DNA of 64,000 nucleotides from the human T2T-CHM13v2.0 reference genome, Homo sapiens, in NCBI RefSeq assembly GCF_009914755.1, contig NC_060927.1. One strand, 5' to 3'. The number at the start of each line of letters is the position of its first letter. The first letter of the stretch is position 1. The translations under genes and the position numbers were made by a program. The notes under the pieces were generated by a model that saw nothing but the letters and a program-made list of their open reading frames with translations, did not search any database and was not told the DNA's origin. This document shows positions 34,019 through 48,444 of the stretch, in pieces.

Positions 34019-37000
34019 TACCATAATTTATTTATCCTTTCACCTGTTGATATACATCTGAGCTGTTTCTAGGTTTTGGTTATTAAAAATAAAGCAGCTA
34101 TGAGCATTTGTATACAAGTCTTTATGGGGGTGTAGGTCTTCTATTTTCTAGGAGAAAAATGGCCTGGTCTGTGATAGGTGTTTGTTTTTTGTTTGTTTGT
34201 TTTTTGGTTATTGTTTTTAGTTTTTTAAGGAACTGTCAAACTTTTTTTCAAAATAGCTATACCATTTTACATTTCCACTAGTAGTCCAGAAGAGTTCCAG
34301 TTGTTCCATATCCTTACCAAAACTTGATTGGTCACTTATTTTAGTTATTGTATTAGGTGTGTACTGATAACTCATTGTGGTTTTAGTTCACATTTCTCTA
34401 ATGACTAATGATGTTAAGCATGTTTTCATGTTAATTTGTCATGCATATATCTTCTTATGTGAAGTATCTGAATAAGACTTCTGCTTATCTTCTTATATTT
34501 AAGGGTTTTTATATGTTTTAGAAACAAGTTCTTTGGTAGATATACGTGTTCCAAACATTTTATCCAAGTTTGTGGCTTGCCCTTTTGCTTTCTTTTGAAG
34601 AACCAATGTTTTTATTTTGATGAAGTCCAATTTTATAATCCCTTTTCTTTTATAGTTTTTGTTTTTTATGGTCTGAGAAATCTTTGCCTACCCCATGGTA
34701 GCAAAGATTTTCTCTTGTGTTTCTTCCTGAAGTTTTATAATTTTACATTTTACATTTAGGCCCTTCATCCATTTCAGGATAACTTTTGTGTATGCTGTGA
34801 GGTAGAGGTTGATATTTTTCATATTCATATCAAGCATCAACTTTTTGAAAAGCCATTTTTTTCTCATTAAATTTCCATTGCACCTTTGTAATCAATCAAT
34901 TGATCATGTATCTGTGGGTCTATTTCTAGACTCTATTCTGTTCCATTGATAGATTAATAGATATATAATCTTTTTACCAATGCCAAAATGTCTCTGTTAC
35001 TATGACTTTATAATAAGTCTAGAAATCAGGTAGAACAAGTCCTCCAACTTTGTTCCTTTTTTGAAAAATCAGTTAGGTCATTTTAGGTGTTTTTCACTTC
35101 CATATATAATTTCAAATCAGCTTTCCAACTTCTACAAAAGAGCTTGCTAGAATTGTTATTGGTATTGCACTGACAAATTTGGTGATAATTGAAATCTTCA
35201 TGATCTCAAGTCTTCTAATTCATAATCATGTCATGCTTCCCCATTTACTTAGTTTTCTCAAACTTCTCTAAGCATGTTTTGCAATTTCGAGTGTAGAGGT
35301 CTTGGACATTTTTTATTACAGTTATTCCTAAGTATTTTATGTTGTTCATTTGCTACTGTAAATGAAATTGTATTTTTTAAATTTAATTTTCATATTGTTT
35401 GCTAGTAATGTATAAGGAACAATTGATTATTGTATATTAACCTCATAGCCTGTGGCATTTCTAAATTCATTCATCAGTTCTAGCAGTTGTTTTGTAGAGT
35501 TCTTAATATTTTCTACATGAGCAATCATATCATCTGCAAATTCTTTTTCCTTTCAACTTTTTATGGCTTATTTTTAATTTTTTTTCTTATCATACTGGCT
35601 AAAACCTTCAAAACATATTGAATAGAAGTGGTGAGGGTGAGCAGGGACCTGTTTCTTGATTTGAGGTGTAGCAATTCAGTCTTTCACCAGAAAGAATGAT
35701 ATTCATTGTAGGGTTTGTTTTGTTTTGTTTTGATCAGTTTAAGGAAGTTTCCTACTCTTCCTAGCTTGATGATAGGATGCTGAATATTTCAAATGCTTTG
35801 TGCACATTGAAACAATATGATTCTTCACTTTTATTCTGTTAATATAGTGAATAACATTAATTGATTTTTGAATGTTAAACCGAACTTGCATTCCTAAGAT
35901 AAAACCTACTTGGCCATGCTCTATTATCCTTTTGCCATATTATTGGATTCTACTTGTTGACATTTAGTTTTATTGAGTTTTCTTCTTAATTATTTCCTTT
36001 CTTCTACTTAGTTTGTGTTTACTTTGCTCCTGCTCTTCCAGATTCTGCAGGTGGAAACTTATGTCATTGTTTTTATACCTTGCAGATTTTCTAATATATG
36101 CATTTAAAGCTATAGTTTATCTTTCTATTCTTATTTTTATTCATATCAACGTGTTTTCTAATTTTCCTTGTGCTTTCATCTTTCACCCATGAGTAGAAAT
36201 GTGTAATGGTCAAAGAATACATTATGTATGATTTTGACCTTTCTAATTTTATTAATTCTATTAAGAATTATCTGACTATATATTTATAACAATACCTCGT
36301 ATTAGTATTATTTTACAAATGAAGAAACTGAGACTTAGAGAAGTTCTACAGCTGGAAAGGACAGAGTCAAGATTCCAGTCCAGATAATCAGGCTCTAGAC
36401 CAGGTGCTAGGAAGGGCCATGTGAGATAAGCTCTGCCTGCTTTCAGGCCTCAGAGTATTAGCCATGTGTGTTCTGTGGCATGGGCCCTTCAGAAAATTAA
36501 ACTCTGCTAACAAAATCTTCTCAGCTGGATGACCAACAAGGCATTGCTCAGTCTGCATTAACAACTTCTGGCACCCAGACAAGGGCAGGAACAGGGCCCT
36601 CATGGGGACTAAGAATCATCTTCTGCTGTGGGCCCTTCAGAGCAGGTTCCTGCATTCCACCCTCAGCTGATCCATAGCACTAAGAAGACAGGGGGCTCCC
36701 TGACATGAGCTTTCAGGATGAGGTAAGGGGAGGGTCTGCAGCATCCCAATCATTTCATGCAGCAGCTGCTTGGGCCCAAGCTAGCTGTGGAACAGCAAGG
36801 ATGGCTCTGTTTGAAGGGCTGATGAGGAAGGTCTAGCCTCCCATGTGAAAGCTCAAGTCACCAGGTGGCCTCTCTTGGGACTGATGTTCTTTGAGCATAT
36901 ACCATTTTTCTAGCGTATAATGTTCTTGGTTACAATTTATATTGACTCAGCTGCAGGCACTCTGCTGACACAGCTGTGTTGTCATCTGAAGATTGTTAAT

Positions 37001-37535
37001 TCCTCATATAAATGTAATGATACACACATATAGCTTTGGTCTGGGTCTGGGTGGAAAAAAAGTGAGCAAGTGCCCCCTCTCTAAAATTACACAGGAGCCA
37101 TAAACCCGCGGTAGGAGGCTATTACTAAATCTAGACATCTCGTACTAGTTAATGCTTTGCTAGCTAGGCCTTAAATCATGCCACTCATATTATTCTCTCA
37201 CTTACACCCCTTCTACAAATTCACTATCCTTCACCCCGCCTCTGACACTTCTGTGAGATGTATGGGATCCAGCCTGAGAGAGCACCTCCATTTTGTAACA
37301 AGGAAACTGAAGAGCAGGAAGAAAGAGTAACTCACCCAAGGTGAAGCTGGACCAGAACTCAGAAGCAGAAGGTCTTTGTTCAGTAAACTTTGCAGTAGAG
37401 TACAGCACCCTGGGTTAAACATGGTGGCCCACGTTCTGCCTGTCAACCTATACATACTATGGAATGGAAACTGTCAGTTCCACAGGGATGTTTGAAAAAT
37501 AAATACTCTGCTTTCTCTGCATTTCCTATAGATCC

Positions 37536-37996
37536 TGTGTTAGTTTCTTGTGGCCGCCATAATGAATTACCATAAATGTGGTGGCTTAAAGCAACAGGAA
37601 TTCATTCTCTCACCGTTCTGGAGGCTAGAAGTCTGGAATTCAAGTGTGAACAGTGCTGGTTCTTTCTGGAAGCTCTGAGGGAGAATCAGTTCCATGCTTC
37701 TCTTCTAGCTTTTGCCAGCAATTACGGGTATTCATTGACTTGTAAATGCACCACTCCAACCTCTGCCTTCATCTTCACATTACCTTCTCCTCTGTGTGGT
37801 CTGTCCTCTGTGTGTCTCTTATAAGGATATTTGTTTTTGAATTTGGGGCCCACCTGGATCATCCAGGATGAGCTCATCTCAAAACCCTTAACTTAATTAC
37901 ATCTGCAAAGAGCCTTTTTCTAAACAAGGTCACATTCACAGGTTCCAGGTATAAAGACAGGGACATATATTTGGGGTAGGGGCACCATTTGCTACA
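37536..37996 (-). mobile_element. MLT1B/C MaLR LTR
   Basis: tgtgttagtttc...ggtggcttaaagcaacag...ttctggaggctagaagtc...aaggtcacattcacagg. Confidence 0.8.
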
Positions 37997-39700
37997 TGCC
38001 AAAGCTAGGTAAAATATCAGAGTCCATAATTAATTTAAGTAAGAAAATATTATTGAGTTTTTAGTATGAGGCAGGAATTCAGCTAGGAGCTGGTGATAAA
38101 GAAACAAGTGAGATATACCACTACACACCTAACTGTAATCTAATAATAGGCCCATATGCAACTGATCCAAACACTGGTGAGGTACAAGTATAGGAGCAGG
38201 CATTATGCCATCATCCTGTTGGAGACATACTTAGCTTATATGAGTAATTTTAACAACAACAAAAGAAGTCTTCCCTAAAATCCCACTCACAGTTAAAGGA
38301 AATGCCATCATTTCCTTTGCTTTTGGTGTGAACCCACCATATGGAAGATGATAGTACAAGAAGTTGACAGAGTTAAGACATACCATACCTGCCTCTTTGA
38401 AAATACTTCATGTGGTGTACAGCAGAGCTCTGGACAGTTTCATCTTCTTTGATTTCTGTGGTCAGACTCTCTCAAAGTGAATGTGGAGCTCAAACTACTT
38501 TTCACTGTATCAAGTAATAAACATGCTAAATCATTCCCAAAAGGCAATGAAGAATAAAAAGATAGAACTCAATAAATGAGAAGTGCATTTCCCTATAGCA
38601 AAAAAAAAAAAATACTGCTTCAAGTTTTTTTCTTGTGGAAACCCTGGAAACAAGAGCACATTCCCATAGAGGTCCACATTCTCTCCTAGTTAAGAGACTG
38701 GCCCGCTTTACTAACTTTTTCCATCAATGTAGATTTCATAGCTAATTCACAAAGACAAGACCCCTAAACCACCAGAATTTACAAGAATCGAAGTTACTGA
38801 ATGAATTTTGTCTAAAATTAGGGGAGTGCCAAATGCTTTTAACTTCACCTCCTACTCCATTCCACTACCCCAGGTATAGCATTCAGTAGGTTTTTCCTTC
38901 TCTGATTCTGACCCTCAGTTCAGTCAGTCAGAGCCAGTTTAGAAGCAGATGCAGTTCAATGCTTTCTTAATGCAGCAATCTCTGAAAGACAGTGGTGAAC
39001 AGAAAAGGAGAAAGAAAAGTTTATACCTCTATGGATGCATATTCCTCAAGTTTGCCAGAAATATTAGAAAAGGTTTAATCCCCTCTAATTTGAGAAGATT
39101 AAAGCTTAAAAGCCATCTTGAGCAAAGCAGTGTGTTCTGCCACTATGCTGCTGGCATGGGCCACAGATGAGATCAGGGCCCAAGGCTTCTAGGTTTGGGC
39201 TTCTTTTTCCTAAAAGAGAGTGGGAAGGACAGGGAGAGAAAGAGAGAGAGAGAGAGCCTTTTGACTTAAGTAAATGGCCTGATTCGAAGCCCAACTTGCC
39301 AAAGCGCCAGAGCCAGGCGTTTCAGAGAAAGGAATCAGAATGGAGGTGCTCACAAGAAAGGCCTTGATTTGGATTCCAACTTAAAATCGCATTTCCAGAC
39401 ACAGCAGAAGGATGCACTTCTGGTTGATTCTCCTTGCTGTTGTCATGACCAGGAGAATTCTGGTCCACATCCATTCTTAATTGGTTGATTACATTTGATC
39501 CGGAGGCCATGAAATTGGCCAGTTGATTATACCCTTTCAGAATGGTTCTCTTTGGGAACTGCAGTCTGGTGTTACACTGGATGGGGAGTTTCCTTGTGGT
39601 TTTTACTCCTTCTACAGAAATGCACTTCTTTCTCCCAAAGCAAGTCTCCTTCCCATTGTCCCTCATAACTCTTCTTTGGCCTTCTCTCATATTGCAGAAG

Positions 39701-39724
39701 ATTTCCAGGTTATAACCTGGAAAT
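39701..39724. repeat. Perfect 24-bp palindrome ATTTCCAGGTTA/TAACCTGGAAAT
   Basis: Checked base by base. Confidence 0.95.
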
Positions 39725-40892
39725 TTCATTACTTAGGATTGTTTATGCCCAGTGTCACAAGAACATGAAAGACTTATCCAGACCCTGACCACTTTTCCCT
39801 TCTAGGGCACACTCCAGAAATGCAGCCACAGCAATATTTCTTATGTATATTACACGGCAACTTTGATATTTGCTTAATAAAATTTGGCAACACATGGTCC
39901 GAAGTGCTTAGTTTTCTTGGGGCACTTTCTAAGTGATTTGTACCTCTGATTTGATTATTCAGTCCACAAAAAATCTGCTCTTTAGACCTGTCTAGAGCAT
40001 TTGCATTCAGTCTCTTTTGTCTCTGGGGAAACAAGTGAGCCTTAGGCCACAGAAGATGCTCTAATTTGCCCATCCCTTTATGATAACAAGAATTAGCCAG
40101 CCAAAGACTGGAATAAAGCAATCACTACTTATTTCTTATTTTACCATGAGGATAAAATGATCACATGCAAAAAAAAAAAATTAGCAAGGTATACACTGCA
40201 AACAAGTTTCGGGGAGACAGAGAGGGGTAGAAGATTGTGGTTTCATTTGACGAAATTATTATGCTCATATTTTCCAGTTTGGTTAATCCACACTTACCTT
40301 ACTTTCCCTGTTCATGTTCACATTAGTGGGGTTATTTTCTCAGGATGCAAGTTATAGATAGTCCATGCAAGTGTTTTCTTAGGTAACCTTTGGATCTAAG
40401 TAGCATGAGGTCATGATTGCTCAATTCACATATGAAGATAATAGGAGTGAGAAAATGGCCCAGAATTAAGGGCAGTTAAACAAAAAGTTAATTGTGAAGA
40501 GGATAAGCTTATGCAGCCCCTTTCCTGAACTTTCCTAAATCCGTTTTATTATAGTGCCCTTTTATTATAAAGAGAAAACTTCTCTGTAGGCTTTCAAAGA
40601 TCAGAGCTCTTCAGTCCCGGCTATACTAACCATTATTTAACCTTAATAATTAGAAGTCTTTCTCTCCATGCACTTCCTTCCACTGGGGACTTTATGTCAA
40701 CCCCTGCCCCCAATAAAAAAAAAAATGAGCTAGAAAGTTTAACTGTGTTTTGACTAATAAAGAGAGGAAAGAAAATGGAATTAAGCCTAAAAATGTGGCC
40801 CCAGAATGACCAGATTATTAGAGTAAGGAATATCTCAAGTAAGAAATGCATTCTAGTCTGAAAAATGTTTAGAGATAGATTAAACCAGTGGC

Positions 40893-41227
<335 letters not shown>

Positions 41228-41725
41228 TTATATAATGAAATATCCCTTGTTAAGTCGCTATGGGTTTAGCAATTCTTTCATTTTTAAAATGTTTATCAAA
41301 ACTACTAGTGGTATGAATATTCCATGAACAGGTGGTACCAATTATATTTTAATTTAGGTCCAGAGTACATCATTTTGAGCAACCCCTTCCCCTATACATA
41401 AAAATATTTTCAGAAATAATCATGAGATGATACAAGTAATAAAATGGCCAGAAAAGAAATATAGACAATGAAAAAAAATAAAAATAAATAAAAAAAAAAA
41501 ACAGTGGTGGTAAAACAGTTTGAGATAGATGAAATGCTGTTTCTTTTCTGGACTGGCAATCATTCTCTAGTGGGCAATGTTTTTAAAACACAGAGTATAT
41601 TGGGTTTGCTTTTCATTTAAGAAAAAAGCACTCAAGATAATCAGGAAAAAAATCAAAAAATATAGAAAAGGAGGGAGGAAAAACAAACACACAAAAACCA
41701 CCCACTTATAGTCCTACTAGATTAG

Positions 41726-42130
<405 letters not shown>

Positions 42131-43237
42131 AAGATCTGGATTTAAATCCAGTTCCAAGCTGTGTGACCTTAGACAAATCCCTTCAATTTGAGCAGATGCT
42201 TAGTGAATGGAAAATGAACTACAAATCTGATCACTTTTCTATATCAGAGTCACTGTAGAGGAATACTCACTTTTTCTATTCATATACCTCCCTGATTTTC
42301 GGATCGATGTTTAACTATCTTTAATGTTCCTGATTTGGCTTGTTTATTTTTCATTGTTATGATCTGAAAGCCACATTACTGGCTTCTTCATTTGGCCAGT
42401 AACTGCAACTCCATTGCAGCCTTATTTTAGCTAAGTCTATTGTAGCTCTTGCCTTTCTCCCCACAGGAACCCTGCTTTAGCCTTTTCCAAAGACATTTTC
42501 AGTCCCTACCTACTAGCATTGGTGTGCCAGTGACATCCTACTCTTCTTCTTGAAACAGGGAGCAGCCCATGAACCTGATGCTGCAAGACCACCTTCTTAG
42601 TTCTCAAAGTAAACAAAGGTTAAAATGAAAATGGTTATGATGAATCATACTAATGCTGTGTTTCAAAGAACTTCCTATAGTATTATGTCAACAAGATAAA
42701 TTAATTCAAATGTTGGGAAAGCTACTGCACCTCTTGCCCACTGCGCTCTCTAGTGTGCTTTGGAGGAGCACCCACTGCTGCAAGTCCTTCCCACACAGCT
42801 TGCAGAGTAGCACCCAAGAGTCCTGGGGGCCGCCCTCCCAAGTTGGATGCAAGCAAAAGTCTATGTACAAACTCTTTTCATTACCCAGGCTGCCGAGAGA
42901 GCCTTCTGGAGCTCACAGATAAAATTCAAAAAGCTCAAGCGGTAGCAAAACCTTGATGCTTATTGAAAACCAAAGCAAAGCAAAACAATAATCCACCTAG
43001 CTTATCAACACCTTTCCTGGGACTAGGTGAGGTCATGCTTTATGAAACGCCATGGGTTGTGAAATTAGTTTGATAGATGCAGTTCACAATTTTTAAATAA
43101 AAAAAAATAGAAAGCATTAAAGTAGAAGATAGATGGTACAGGTAGATATTGTTTCACAAACTTTTTTCAATGTGTGTATGTCTTTGTAAAGCAAATATTT
43201 CTTCCCATGATCACAGTTAGAAAGGTTTAAAAACTTT

Positions 43238-43590
43238 TTCCATGGTCTGAATGTTCGTGTCCCTCAGTTCATAGTTGAAATTGAATCCCCACTGTGGTGG
43301 TATTAAGAGTTGGGGCCCTTGGGAGGTGATTAGGTCATGAGGGCAGAGCCTTTATGCATGGAATTAGTATTCTTATAAAAGAGACCCAAGGAGCTTATAA
43401 GTCCCTTCCTCCATGTGAGGACACACAGAAGGTGCCGTCTATGAGGAACAGGACCTCGCCAGACACTAGATCTACTGGTGCCTTGATCTTGGACTCCCCA
43501 GCCTGCAGAACTGTAAGCATTACATTTCTGTTGTTTATAAATTACCCAGTCTAAGGCATTTTGCTATAGCAGCCTGGATGGATTGAAACG
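43238..43590 (+). mobile_element. MLT1A0-like MaLR LTR
   Basis: atggtctgaatgttcgtgtccc...gggaggtgattaggtcatgagggcagagcc...ccttgatcttggactcccagcc...ttgctatagcagcc. Confidence 0.85.
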
Positions 43591-44699
43591 AGCTTTGCAT
43601 TAGGACTTGGGCCCGGAGTAAGAGCAGGGTAACACGAGGGGTCTGAAAGATCATTGGAGAAAAGAACAGGGCAATGATGGGGACAGGTAGGTGCTTGGGT
43701 GGGTACCAAAGAGAATTCTTTTCACACTTCTGCCAAATTCCTGCACATATATGCATGTACACCAAACCATACCACACTCTACATACACATTTGCCTATTC
43801 CTAACACCACTGTTCTAAATTCCTAATATGTTTCCAATTGCTGCCTCCAGCATAAGTGCCAGATTCCATCCTTGATCTGAGAGAATCTTGGAAAATGTCA
43901 GTCCAGGTGGATGTCCACAGGAAGAACATTAGGAACAAAGAGAGACCTCTGTTTCTTTCTTGAGCTGGGTGTAAACACTAATGCGAGAGTGATCAACCCC
44001 CTTGTTTACATACCTTCCTATTTTAGAGTTTCTGCTTTGGAATATTTAGATTAACAAGAATATCATATGTACAAATATCACAAGAAGAAAGTCTCCAGTT
44101 TTAGGTTAGATTGCTAAGCAGTTGTAATTCAAATATGAGAAAACTTGAAGTTTTATGTTCTTAGCCACATCATGTGCTCTACAAATGTTGCGACAGTCTT
44201 TCCTAAGGAAGGTCCAGTTAAACCGCAGCCTCCTCTCAGTTCTCTCTAAATCCAGCAGGGAGTGTGTGTGTTGTTCCTTCTCCCTGTGTCTTGATCTCAA
44301 GAGGTACCTTAGGAAGGCTGCAGTTGGACAGCTGAGCCAAAGCCACAAAGACCGCATTTAACTCTCCTCATTTGGGTACATTTGACATGTTCTCTCATCT
44401 TATCACCATGGAAATCCCACAGAGAGAGTGTGAGTGAGGGAGAGGGGAACTGAAAAGGACTCACCCACAAGACATTACTGCCACACCCAGAAGCAGGTTG
44501 GTGAGAGGTGGAAGCAGCCCCCTAGGTCTCCTCAGCTGCTGGGTCTAACCAGCCCCTCATAGGGTGTGGGATGCTCAACCCTGTCCCAACTTCCCTCCCT
44601 CCCTCCTGTGGGGCTAAAAGGCAGCCTCAGCTCCATTCTTCAAGCTTCTTTCCTTGCATTCCTCCCCTGACCCTCAGCCCCATGACTCTGTCCCATAAT

Positions 44700-45034
44700 A
44701 TTTACCTGCAGTAGGCAGATGTTCAGATCACCTCACCCAGGAAACCTCCCTCAGAAAACTTTGCTTCTTCTATTACCCTCTGAAAATTTTATTTCTATAA
44801 TTATTTATCTTAATTTTGGTGAGCCTTGTTGCATATTTAATCATTAGCATCCTACCGGTTTTTTGTACTACACTATTTCTTCGTGTTCCTGTTCAAGCTA
44901 CCCTACAAAAACCAACTATCCTGCCAGCTTGGCAGAGTGCCTTTATATTTCATAGATGCTGCCTGATTCATGAATTGCTAACAAAAGCCAGTTAGATTAT
45001 TGAACTACATCTATTGAAATTTTGTTTTTTGACA
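44700..45034 (+). mobile_element. 3' part of an ERV1 (MER4 group) LTR
   Basis: gctgcctgattcatgaattgctaacaaaagcc...aattttgttttttgaca. Confidence 0.55.
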
Positions 45035-45125
45035 TTGTAAGTATGAAAAAGAGCCCCAAGAATATTTGACATAGAACACAAAGGTAGCCCAGGAGTGGGG
45101 TGTATGAGGTCAAGAGAATGGAAAG

Positions 45126-45410
45126 GGCTGGGCGTGGTGGCTCAAGCCTGTAATCTCAGCACTTTGAGAGGCCGAGGTGGGCAGATCATGAAGTCAGGAG
45201 ATCGAGACCATCCTGGCTAACACGGTGAAACCCTGTCTCTACTGAAAAAATTAGCCAGGTTTGATGGCACACACCTATAGTCCCAGGTACTCGGGAGGCT
45301 GAGGCAGGAGAATCGCTTGAACCTGGAGGCGGAGGTTGCAGTTAGCCGAGATCGTGACACTGCACTCCAGCCTGGGTGACAGAGAAAGATTCCGTCTCAA
45401 AAAAAAAAAA
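45126..45410 (+). mobile_element. Alu (Sc/Y-like)
   Basis: TSD aagagaatggaaag / aggggaatggaaag. Confidence 0.93.
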
Positions 45411-45898
45411 AAGGGGAATGGAAAGGCCAAACAGGGAAAGACCACAGAAAAAACATTGAATCTGAATGTGATATTTGGGGCAGTGGAGAGGCAGTGGAAT
45501 GAGCCTCAAAGGATAGAACTTAACACCATTTAGAGTAGTATAAACGTGTGTTGTGTCAGGTGGATTCTCAGAAGTCTTATATGGCAAGTTCTAGTTAGTT
45601 TTTGGTCTCCAACACTGTGACATGGTTGATAAAATTTCCTAACATTAAATAGGCTGTATCATGTAAGCAAAGATTTCTTAAACAGATTACAAAAATAAAT
45701 TGCTTATACAGAAAAAGACTGATAAAGCAGACTTCATTAATTCCAAGAACTTCTCAAAAAAGATACCACTAAGAGAGTAAAAAGACATGCCACAGACTTA
45801 GAAAAAATATTTGCAACTCATCTATCCAACAAAGATTCAGTATTTAATGTACTTAAAGAAATCACACATCAATAAGAAAAGGACAGTTGATTCAAATA

Positions 45899-46325
45899 CA
45901 GTGACTCCTTGAACAACGAAGGGGTTAGGGGGCAGCAATCCCTGTGCAGTTGAAAATCTAGGTATAACTTTTGACTCCCCAGAAACTTAACTACTAATAG
46001 CCTACTGTTGACCAGAAGCCTTATTGATAGCATAAACAGTCGGTTGACACATATTTTGTATGTTCTATGTATTATATACTGTCTTCTTTCAATAAAGTAA
46101 GCCAAAGAAAAGAAAATAATAAGGAAGAGAAGATATATGTACTATTCATTAAGTGGAAATGAAACATCATAAAAGTCTTCATCCTCATGATCTTCACTTT
46201 GAGTAGGCTGAGGAAGAGGAAGAGAAGGAGTTGGTCTTGCTGTCTCAGGGGTGGTGGAAGCAGAAAGAAATCTGCACATAAGCGGACTTGCACAGTTCAA
46301 ACCCATGTTGTTCAAGGGTCCATTG
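45899..46325. mobile_element. Tigger2a (MER28) DNA transposon
   Basis: TIRs cagtgactccttgaacaac / gttgttcaagggtccattg with TA on both sides. Confidence 0.85.
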
Positions 46326-46789
46326 TAAATACAATTTTATGAGAGGAGAGGCAAATGGCAAAAGACTTGAACTTCACAAGATATTCAGGGAAATGCAAAT
46401 TGAAACCATCCCTTGCTCTCAGAATGGGGGGGAAAGGGTGGTGACAAAGACATGGAACATCTGGAATTCTCATACATTGTTTTTGGGAGCAAAATTGGTA
46501 TGAACATTTTGGAAATATATTTTTAATAGAAGTATCTACTAATAGCTATATAAACACATACCCTATAATCCAAAATTCCATTCCTTAGTGCACAAGAATA
46601 GTCATAGCAGCAGTTTGAGTCCCAACTGAAACCAGCCCAAATATTCATTAACAATAGAATGAATAAGCACATTGTGATAAATGTATGAAAATGGGATATT
46701 ACTCAGCAATGGAAATGAACTAGCACTAACATAGCAATGTGGATGAGTCTCACAAACATAGTAAAAGAAGCCCAACATGAGAATGATTT

Positions 46790-47429
46790 TGAAACTGCCT
46801 TTGCAAAATTATGACTGAGACAGTGAAAGAGATCTAACTTAACTGACTCCATCTTGCTTCTAACTTCCAAGCTGTCCTTGTTCATTACTGGGTGTAGGTT
46901 GAACTAACTTTGGGAGAAACTTAGTTTGTAGTTTATAATTTAAGCAAAGATGGTAACAGCTCTTTCCCAAAGCATACCTCCTTCTTTCCTGGGGACTAGA
47001 CCAACATTAGCCACAAGATTAGAAATTATGGTTTAGGAGTCATGCAGCTGGAAGCTACAAGATTCTGATTCTCCCTAAACTGCTCCTAAGATCAGGGCTT
47101 GAGATATTTTGCAGACCCTGCACTTGTTGGATCAGCTGGCACCACCCAGATGATTAACTGGCTCATCTGATCTTGTGGCCCCGCCCAGGAACTGACTCAG
47201 CGTAAGAAGACAGCTTCAGCTCCCTATGATTTCATCCCTGACCAATCAGCACTTCTGGCCCCACTGGCTTTTCCCCACCCACCAAATTGTCCTAAAAAAC
47301 TCTGCTCCCTAAATGCTTGGGGAGACTGATTTGAGTAATAATAAAACTCTGGTCTCCCACACAGCCGGCCCTGTGTGAATTACTCTTTCTCTATTGCAGA
47401 GGGCAAGGTGAACCCCTTGGGCAGTTACA
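46790..47429 (+). mobile_element. LTR8 solo LTR
   Basis: tgaaactgcctttgcaaaattatgactgagacagtgaaagagatctaac...gggcagttaca. Lacks ~35 nt near the 3' end relative to the 13666 copy. Confidence 0.85.
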
Positions 47430-47679
47430 AATTCATTTACATAAATTTGAAATGACAAAAACAAGTTATGGTGATCACATCAAGATAGCAGTTATCTTTA
47501 GGGGAGTGGGAAGTGACTGAGAGAGACACAGGGGAAATTCTGGAATGATTTTTATGTTCTATTTCTTGATTTTATGAAGGATACACATTTCTGGTTTTTA
47601 AAAATTCATCAATTTGTACACATTTATGAGTTTTATATTTGTCTGAGTGTGTTATATGTTAATAAAAATTCTGTGGTAA

Positions 47680-47971
47680 GTCTGGGCATGGTGGCTCACA
47701 CCTGTAATCCAGCACTTTGAGAGGCCAAGGCGGGTGGATCATCTGAGGTCAGGAGTTCGAGTCCAGCCTGGCCAGCATGGTGAAACCCATCTCTACTAAA
47801 AATACAAAAATTAACCAGGCGTGGTGGTGGGTGCCTGTAATCCCAGCTACTCAGGAGGCTGAGGTAGAAGAATCACTTGAGCCCGGGAAGCCGCGGTTGC
47901 AGTGAGCCGAGATCATGCCATTGCGCTCCAGCTTGGATGACAAGAGGGAAACTCTGTCTCAAAAAAAAAAA
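47680..47971 (+). mobile_element. AluS
   Basis: TSD aaaaattctgtgg / aaaaattatgtgg. Confidence 0.95.
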
Positions 47972-48444
47972 AAAAAATTATGTGGAATATGGTTCCCATG
48001 TGAGTCTGACTTGGAGCTCTGCAGCCTTTCTGGGAGGAGATGCCTCATCTCCTCCATGAGAGTGGGCAGAAAGATAAGAGAGGCAATGAAGAGTTATCAA
48101 GGTGCAACCTCATGAGAAGCCTTGTGAAGTGACAAAACAACTTTACCATGAACCCATGTACACTCAGTGCCAAAGGAGAGCCACTGCTTGAGGGAAGGCT
48201 CACGCAACAAGGTGTAGGGGAGGGCCTCAGAGAGACAGCAGACACTGCATCTGGGTCTTGCTCTGCCCCATGAGGCAGGCACTGTTGTTAGAGAGAAGAA
48301 AACTGAGGCATGTAAAGATTTGGTACAGAGCCCTGGGTCACATGTGTTGAAGTGGCAAGATCTGAATCCAGGATTTGAACTTTCAGCAGCCTGTCTTCAG
48401 AGCTTGAGAACTTTACTACTATGCAGTGGAACCTCTTGCAAAGG

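Larger units (their letters stand above)
45640..47670 (+). mobile_element. Ancient L1ME-type 3' end hosting Tigger2a and LTR8
   Basis: aaaatatttgcaactcatctatccaacaaag; gggaaatgcaaattgaaacc; ccctataatccaaaattccattcc; 3'UTR ending aataaaaa. Confidence 0.75.

Noticed and set aside
38383-38500. Minus-strand donor CAG|GTATGG with a short open frame upstream
   Set aside because: No convincing acceptor or polypyrimidine tract, and no recognisable peptide.
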